NCBI GenBank assembly: GCA_951406725.2
Contig: OX597815.1
Coordinates: 24,986,001 to 25,050,000 of the forward strand
DNA length: 64,000 nt
From: Octopus vulgaris
Taxonomy: Eukaryota
Direction of reading: 5' to 3'
In this document: positions 57,586 to 64,000 of the stretch, one piece after another
How the letters are laid out: every line of letters starts with the position of its first letter
How positions within the stretch are numbered: position 1 is the first letter of the stretch
The notes under the pieces: generated by a model
Seen by the model: only the letters and a program-made list of their open reading frames with translations
Told to the model about the DNA's origin: nothing
The model's database searches: none
Translations under genes and position numbers: made by a program

Positions 57586-57628
57586 CATACGTTGACAAGA
57601 GGCAATAACCTCGAAACCGGTCCGTGTG
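57586..57628 (+). ncRNA. Type-I minimal hammerhead ribozyme, U3-A8 variant (identical copy)
   Basis: Stem I CAUACG/CGUGUG, core UUGACAA, stem II GAGG/CCUC, GAAA, palindromic ACCGGU stem III; predicted cleavage after GUC at 57622. Confidence 0.8.
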
Positions 57629-57842
57629 TAGTATCCGTATCTTCGGGGAGGCTGATCTCCCTTTGCTGGCTGGCAAGGACACCGAGATGGTGTCAGCTCT
57701 TCTGGTGACGTCGATGTTCGCCTGGGGCTAAATGCATCAGTAACACCCCCACCACTCCACCCTGACCCTAGCCACATTCAGATGGCTGATCCCTCTTATG
57801 TTATAGAGCAGTTACTGTTTATATCTCGCCCAGAGATTTATT

Positions 57843-57903
<61 letters not shown>

Positions 57904-58791
57904 GACCGGCTTCTTTCAGTTTCCGTCTACCAAATCCACTCACAAGGCTTTGGTCGGCCCGAGGCTTTAGTAGAAGACAAGGTGCCACGCAGTGGGACTG
58001 AACCCAGAACCATGTGGTTGGTAAGCAAGCTACTTACCACACAGCCACTTTTGCGCCTATAGAGTATTCCTTTTGTATAGTATTCCCATATCATCAAATG
58101 ATATTGTTTCGATTTCATCTGCAAGATTGTTGGCTAAGTTACAAAGGAACAAATAACAATACAATGTTGGTTCCAATATCCACCCACGTTCACACTATTC
58201 ACAAAGATTTTCAAGCATTACATTGCTCATTTTATAGTAATAAGATGCTGCATTCATTTCCCCAAACATTAAGTTCAACTACAAGATTGCTGTCGAAAGT
58301 TTTATACACAGTCACATAATGAGTAGTGTGAATCTAAGTATTTTGGATTATAACCAAGGAAGTATATATGGATTTAAAGACTCACATCAAAAGTAGCAAT
58401 TTTTAATTTTTATTTTATCTTTCAAACAAGCACCATTTTATAGTTTTACTTCAAATTTAAAAAAAAAAGTATCATTCGATATGTTATACAGAATTCAAAT
58501 TTTATATATCTGAAGAGCAGAAGCATTGTCTATAAATGCTTATCAATATAGGATTTCATTATAGGGACAACTCTTCTGTGAAACGATCGTAAGATGCTTT
58601 AAATAATTAATTCAAAACTTTTAAAATATAGTTATACTTATACATATTTATATTTATTTATTTTTATATTTTTAAGGCAACAATTATTTTTCACGCGTGT
58701 ATATCTTTCTGAGGAGTTTTGATATTGATTTCCCAATATTAATAATAATATATTATTAATATATATATATGTATTTTGGATTATGACATAG

Positions 58792-59045
58792 GGGCAACTA
58801 TAGCCATCGGGTTGAGAACCACGTGGCTCGTAGCTATGGTTTCAATCTAATTGCGCATCCTTTTGGCCAGCGTCTTTTGTTGTAACCTTGAGGGCAGCCA
58901 TAGCCATCTGGCTGAGAACCACGTGATTCATAGTTCTGATTCCAATCTAATTGCGCAACCTCTTGGGCAAGGGTCTTCTGTTGTCACCATGCGTAGATCA
59001 ATAAATTGTTGGTGAAATTTAACAACCGGAAACTGAGCGGAAGCC
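58792..59045 (+). mobile_element. Old SINE B with a tandemly duplicated ~100-bp 5' portion
   Basis: TAGCCATC..GAGAACCACGTG..CAATCTAATTGCGCA at 58801 and 58901. Confidence 0.6.
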
Positions 59046-59049
59046 TGTT

Positions 59050-59541
59050 ATATGTATATATGTATATATGTGTGAGTATACATACCTATCTACATGTATA
59101 TATATATATGTATGTGTGTATGTGTATGTGCATGCTGCATGTATGCATGTATGTATGTACGTATGTATGCATGTGTGTGTATGTATGTACGTATGTATGT
59201 ATGCATGTGTGCGTGCGTATGTATGTATGTATGCACATATGTATGTGTATGTATGGATAGATGGATATATAATGAGAGAGAGAGAGTGAAAGAGAGAGAT
59301 ACAGATAGAGAGAGAATGTCTTGTCTGGTTCTTTTAGTATTTCCTCTTCATTTTAAATTTGCATTTGATCAAACGGCGACACTTAACATTTCTTCTGAAC
59401 TCGTGTGTGCGTGAGTGTGCATGTGTATGCATATGTGTGTGTGTGTGTGTGTGTGTGTACGTGTGTGCATGTGTACATGAATATATAAATGTGTGTAAAT
59501 GTGTGAATATATATATATATATATAGGTGTGTGTGTGTATG

Positions 59542-59591
<50 letters not shown>

Positions 59592-59765
59592 TACATTAAT
59601 ATATGTACATACATATACATATGTAACATATATATATACATGTATATATATATATTGTGTGTGGGGGGTATGTATGTAGGTATGTATGTATGTATGTATG
59701 TATGTATGTAGGTAGGTAGGTAGGTAGGTAGGTAGGTAGGTAGGTAGGTAGGTAGGTAGGTATAG
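59050..59765. repeat. Compound (TATG)/(TG)/(TA)/(TAGG) microsatellites
   Basis: Direct reading. Confidence 0.9.
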
Positions 59766-60933
59766 TTCATAAATGTTAAGTGTTAGCGCTTTGATCAAAC
59801 GCAGATTATAAATAAAAGAAAAAGCAATCTAAAAAATACTAAAGAAACCAAACAATCTCTCCCGCTCTCTCTCTCTCTCTCTCTCTTTCTCTTTCTCTCT
59901 CCCTCTCTCCCTCTCTCTCCCTCTCTCTCCCTCTCTCATCTCCCTCCTTCTCTCTCTTTCTCTCCTTTCTCGCATGCTGCTCTTATAAAGAGATATAATT
60001 ACAAACATATTATAAATGTAAAGTTAGACCATAAATATATAGTAAGCAACAGCGGGAACTTTACAAAAACATAACAAATAAATAAATAAAAAACAATAAT
60101 CATGAAACAGAAAAAAAAAAAGGGTCTCCTCAGAACATTGTGAAATATTCTCTTAAGCGAAATCTTGCTCTGCCTCTGAAATATAACATGGATTCAAAGT
60201 ACGTGAAGCAATATATTCTAAAGCTTTGTTCTGAATGATTCATGGTTATATTGCTCTCCATTTAACCCGAAAATCACCCACCGCCTCCATTACAGTTATT
60301 TCGGTGATAAGAAGAATGAATGAATGAATGAAGAATGAATGAATACATGATTTCTGGGCTGTGGTTGGGAGTAACGTAGAAACTTATTGAATTTTTAATG
60401 TTTTTATTTCATTTATTTTTAATTTTGTATTTTTATTATGATTTATTTGTTTTATTTTCATTTTCATTTTTTTTTTTTAAATTTTGCAGTTTACGAGTTT
60501 GCTCTTTTTTATTTAATTTTTTGGGGGTTTTTTGGGGTTTTTTTGCCCTCGTGCATTTTCTTTTCTCATAAAATTTCGAGCCTTTTTTTTTCTTTTTCTT
60601 TTTTTCGCATTATCAGCAGTCTCATCATATCTTTTTCATCAGGCTCATCATCACACGCCCCTGGAGTGTCTGCTGCATTGGCGTGGAGGATGCAAAGTGA
60701 GAAGCAGATGTGTGTCGTTGTACGTGTCTAAGTGTGCTCACATGCAATGCTGTGCGTACATGTGGGATTTGTTAGATTGAATACGATTAGGAGAACGACA
60801 AAGACACATACATACATGCATACATACATACATACATACATACATACATACATACATACACACACACATACATACATACATACATAATACATATACATAC
60901 ATACATACATAATACATACATATACATATACAT

Positions 60934-61001
<68 letters not shown>

Positions 61002-61004
61002 ATG

Positions 61005-61144
61005 TCCAGATGTCCAGATAACCGAAGAGATGGTGTTGTGGATTTCCACTTCGGCATCTGAAACTCAGATTTTTTATCTTGGCTAGTATAATGGTAACAT
61101 ATTTCTCTATTTATTTATTGAAGTCTCTTTCTTTCTTTGTTATC

Positions 61145-61150
<6 letters not shown>
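61005..61150 (+). mobile_element. Penelope-like fragment in (TA)n with degenerate hammerhead (61014-61082)
   Basis: CCAGATAA-CCGAAGA-GATG..GTGGATTTCCAC..CATC-TGAAA-CTCAGA-TT..TTATCTTGG. Confidence 0.55.
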
Positions 61151-61230
<80 letters not shown>

Positions 61231-61531
61231 AAGAATTCCTCTGTTTACATAATATTGATATATTATAAGATAATATATTATAATTGAATAAAATAAAATG
61301 AAATAGTAGAATGTTAAATATTCTTCTTTGAACTTTCTTCATGCATTGATTTATCTTCGTTTTTACCAATATATATATATACATATATATATACTATATA
61401 TATATATGATATATATATTTAACATTTTATATATATATATATTATCTTATATATATATATAAAGTGAAAATCAGACAATTGAATTTTTATTAATATATTC
61501 TTCTATACACAATCACACACACCCATATATA

Positions 61532-61592
<61 letters not shown>

Positions 61593-62209
61593 GTATATTT
61601 CTTTCACACAAACACACAGGCGCCCATCTGTGCTCGTGTGCTTCTTTGCGCAAGTGCCAATATACTCACCTATACTCACCTAGTAACTTAATCATATTAA
61701 TACTCTCAATTGTCGCACACATTTACAAGCATACACGCACACACACACACACTCAAATACTCTTACGTGTAGTCGCACATACACCCTCTTCAAACTAGCT
61801 GTCATCACACCGTATTAATTGCTAAGTCTTAATCGTTATCTTTCTATCTTCCATCTTTCCATTACTGTCTTAATATATCTATTTCATCACTTAACTTAAG
61901 CGTGCATTTATTTGAATTATTCCTTTGAGAAGCAAAGCAGTTACAAAAGTCTTATAAGCTGGAGACTGAAGTCGTCCCCTGACTACGGCAGGTTATGACG
62001 TAACTCCCTACCGTATTGTTTGAATTACCATTAAAAGAGAGAATACATTCTTTTCCCCCTGCCCTTTCCCTTTATCTGAAAAAAATCTGTTTCAATTATC
62101 TTTGACGATCTTAAAATGACTGCTTAAAATGAAAACTACCTGCTAATTAATAAGTGAATAAATCTACTCTGCTAACCTCCCTTCTTTCTGTAGATTTTCA
62201 ACCTCCCCA

Positions 62210-62251
62210 CTCCTCCTCCTCCTCCTCCCCCTCTTCCTCCCCTCCTCATCC

Positions 62252-62282
<31 letters not shown>

Positions 62283-62364
62283 CCTCCTCCTCATCATCAT
62301 CATCATCATCCTCATCATCATCATCCTCCTCATCATCATCATCATCCTCCTCTTCCTACTACTA

Positions 62365-62430
<66 letters not shown>
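62210..62430. repeat. (CCT)/(CAT)/(CTA)/(CTG) trinucleotide tract
   Basis: Direct reading. Confidence 0.95.
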
Positions 62431-62431
<1 letters not shown>

Positions 62432-62550
62432 AGTTCTGTCTTTTCTCCCCCACTTATTCACTCGCTTGCTTTTTCCATGCTTCTGTCTCACCTTTTTACT
62501 TTTACTTCATTCAATCATCTATTTGATATTCATGCACATACATACATACA

Positions 62551-62581
<31 letters not shown>

Positions 62582-62667
62582 GTACACAATACATCTAAAC
62601 ATGTATACACACACACACATGCACACACACACACACACACATTTACAAACTCACACATTCACACACA

Positions 62668-62819
62668 CAGGCGTGACTGTGATAAAAGAGTTTGCTTTCC
62701 AATCACAAGACACTTGCCCACGTGGTTGGGAACCACATGGGCAAATGTCTTCTACTGCAACCGCGGGCAGAGCAAAGCCTTGTAAGTCGATTTGGTAGAC
62801 GGAAACCAAAAAAATCCCG

Positions 62820-62867
<48 letters not shown>

Positions 62868-63110
62868 CTGTGTGTATCTATGTGTATGTGTACCTTTATG
62901 TCTGTATTTGTTCCCAACCATCCCATGAGACCCGGTGTTGGTGCGTTTGTATCCCCGTAACTTGGCGGAGCAGCGAAAAAAACGATAGAATAAGTACCAG
63001 GCTTAGAAATGTAAGTACTGGAATCGATTCGTTCGACTAAAATTCTTCAAGGCGGTGCCCCAGCATGGCTGCAGGCTAATGACTCAAACAAATAAGAGAT
63101 AAAAGATATA
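62668..63110 (+). mobile_element. Diverged SINE family B
   Basis: Body and tail motifs with internal (GT)n. Confidence 0.8.
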
Positions 63111-63559
63111 TATTCATGTAAAGTTATTTTAGCACACTCAAGTACAGTTAGACTTGAGAAGACCTTCTGCTGCGGAAATAGTTCCCGAAGGAAAATTTTC
63201 CTCCTAGACAATATGTGTAAAAATGCATTGGGGCTGTGAATGGTGTCATTGGATCGCGGGGCACGTGGTTTTCTGCATTCTTTTCCGTTGTCAGCTTCGA
63301 ATGCTAAATCTGCCTTTCGTAACCCGAAAAGAACGAATTCGTTCTTATATTAGAACAGTTTGTTTGCTGATGAGCATGAAGCTTCATCAAGCTTGAATCA
63401 AATAAATAAAGTCGCACGAAGTAGCTTTAAGTAAAATATATTTGTGTAAAGCAATATTAACCACACTCGGACATGGGAAGACCTGCTATAGAAATAGTTC
63501 CGGGAGAAAATTCTTCTACTAGACGATATATGTGAAAACACATTCGGCTTTCACATATA

Positions 63560-63891
63560 CTAGCAGTATCGCCCAGCGTTGCTCGGGTTTGTTTCGACCC
63601 TTTAGAATTGGAATTTTTGAGAAGTAAAAATTTTGCATTATATAGCTTTAAGTGAACATTTCTCTGTTTGAAATTCACCGAAAAATGACGACACAGCAGT
63701 AAAAAAAATCGTAAAAAATAGGGATTTTCATTAAAAAAAAGCACCTTTTTGAAATAAATAATTTTTGGTCTTCTTCTATCATGCTCTCAATTTTGGTCAA
63801 CTTGCGCCGCAGGGTCTCGGAGAAGATAGTGTTAGTTGAAGGCTACCAAACCTGCCATACACAGACAACTTCAGCTTTATATATAGAGAGA
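63560..63891 (-). mobile_element. Intact non-autonomous Helitron (332 bp), same termini family as 53864-54259
   Basis: Minus strand A|TCTCTCTATATATAAAGCTGAAGTTG ... CCCGAGCAACGCTGGG hairpin, CTAG|T. Confidence 0.9.
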
Positions 63892-64000
63892 TTTGCATTC
63901 TTTCTCATCGTCTGCTACGGACACCATATCTGCTCTAAACAACCCGAAAAAGACCACGTTCGTTCTTATATTGAAACACCATACAATACGTGTGCTGAAG

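Larger units (their letters stand above)
57101..57847. mobile_element. Non-coding hammerhead element: 1.3 tandem units of a 360-bp monomer (minus strand) plus an inverted partial copy (retrozyme- or Penelope-pLTR-like)
   Basis: 57101-57217 repeats at 57461-57577 (exact 360 offset); 57582-57847 is the reverse complement of monomer sequence; both ends abut (TA)n. Confidence 0.85.
56815..58037 (-). mobile_element. SINE family B whose internal (TA)n hosts the 360-bp ribozyme element
   Basis: Tail half at 56815-57045, head half at 57902-58037. Confidence 0.9.

Noticed and set aside
60608-60655. C/D box snoRNA-like ATGATGA..CTGA..ATGATGA..CTGA on the minus strand
   Set aside because: Boxes only 2 and 5 nt apart, leaving no room for guide sequences; probably (GAT)n-like low complexity
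62154-62798. 214-aa His/Pro/Thr-rich ORF
   Set aside because: Concatenated microsatellites running into a SINE

Overview
AT-rich, microsatellite-saturated eukaryotic DNA. It is most likely a cephalopod (Octopus-type) intergenic or intronic region; this is inferred from the SINE families and the (TA)/(CA)/(TACA)/(GATA) load, not from a database search. I find no confidently supported host gene, and nearly all supplied ORFs are translated microsatellites or SINEs. The window is a dense, nested mobilome with three tRNA-derived SINE families and a decayed Helitron Rep/PIF1 helicase plus two intact non-autonomous Helitrons. It also holds a hAT (Buster/Charlie-type) element with TIRs and an 8-bp TSD, Tc1/mariner MITEs, a Tx1-clade LINE in (GATA)n, an R4/Dong-like RLE retrotransposon in (CATA)n and several Penelope-type fragments with hammerhead-ribozyme motifs. 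Four signals stand out. (1) A non-coding unit with an exact 360-bp period carries an intact type-I hammerhead with the compensatory U3-A8 core, in tandem plus inverted arrangement (retrozyme/circRNA-like). (2) A one-base tail variant of a SINE tracks with insertion at GGT targets, including inside its own copies, which could build tandem arrays. (3) That SINE's tail is shared with the GATA-associated Tx1 LINE. (4) Different retroelement families appear to partition the microsatellite types.
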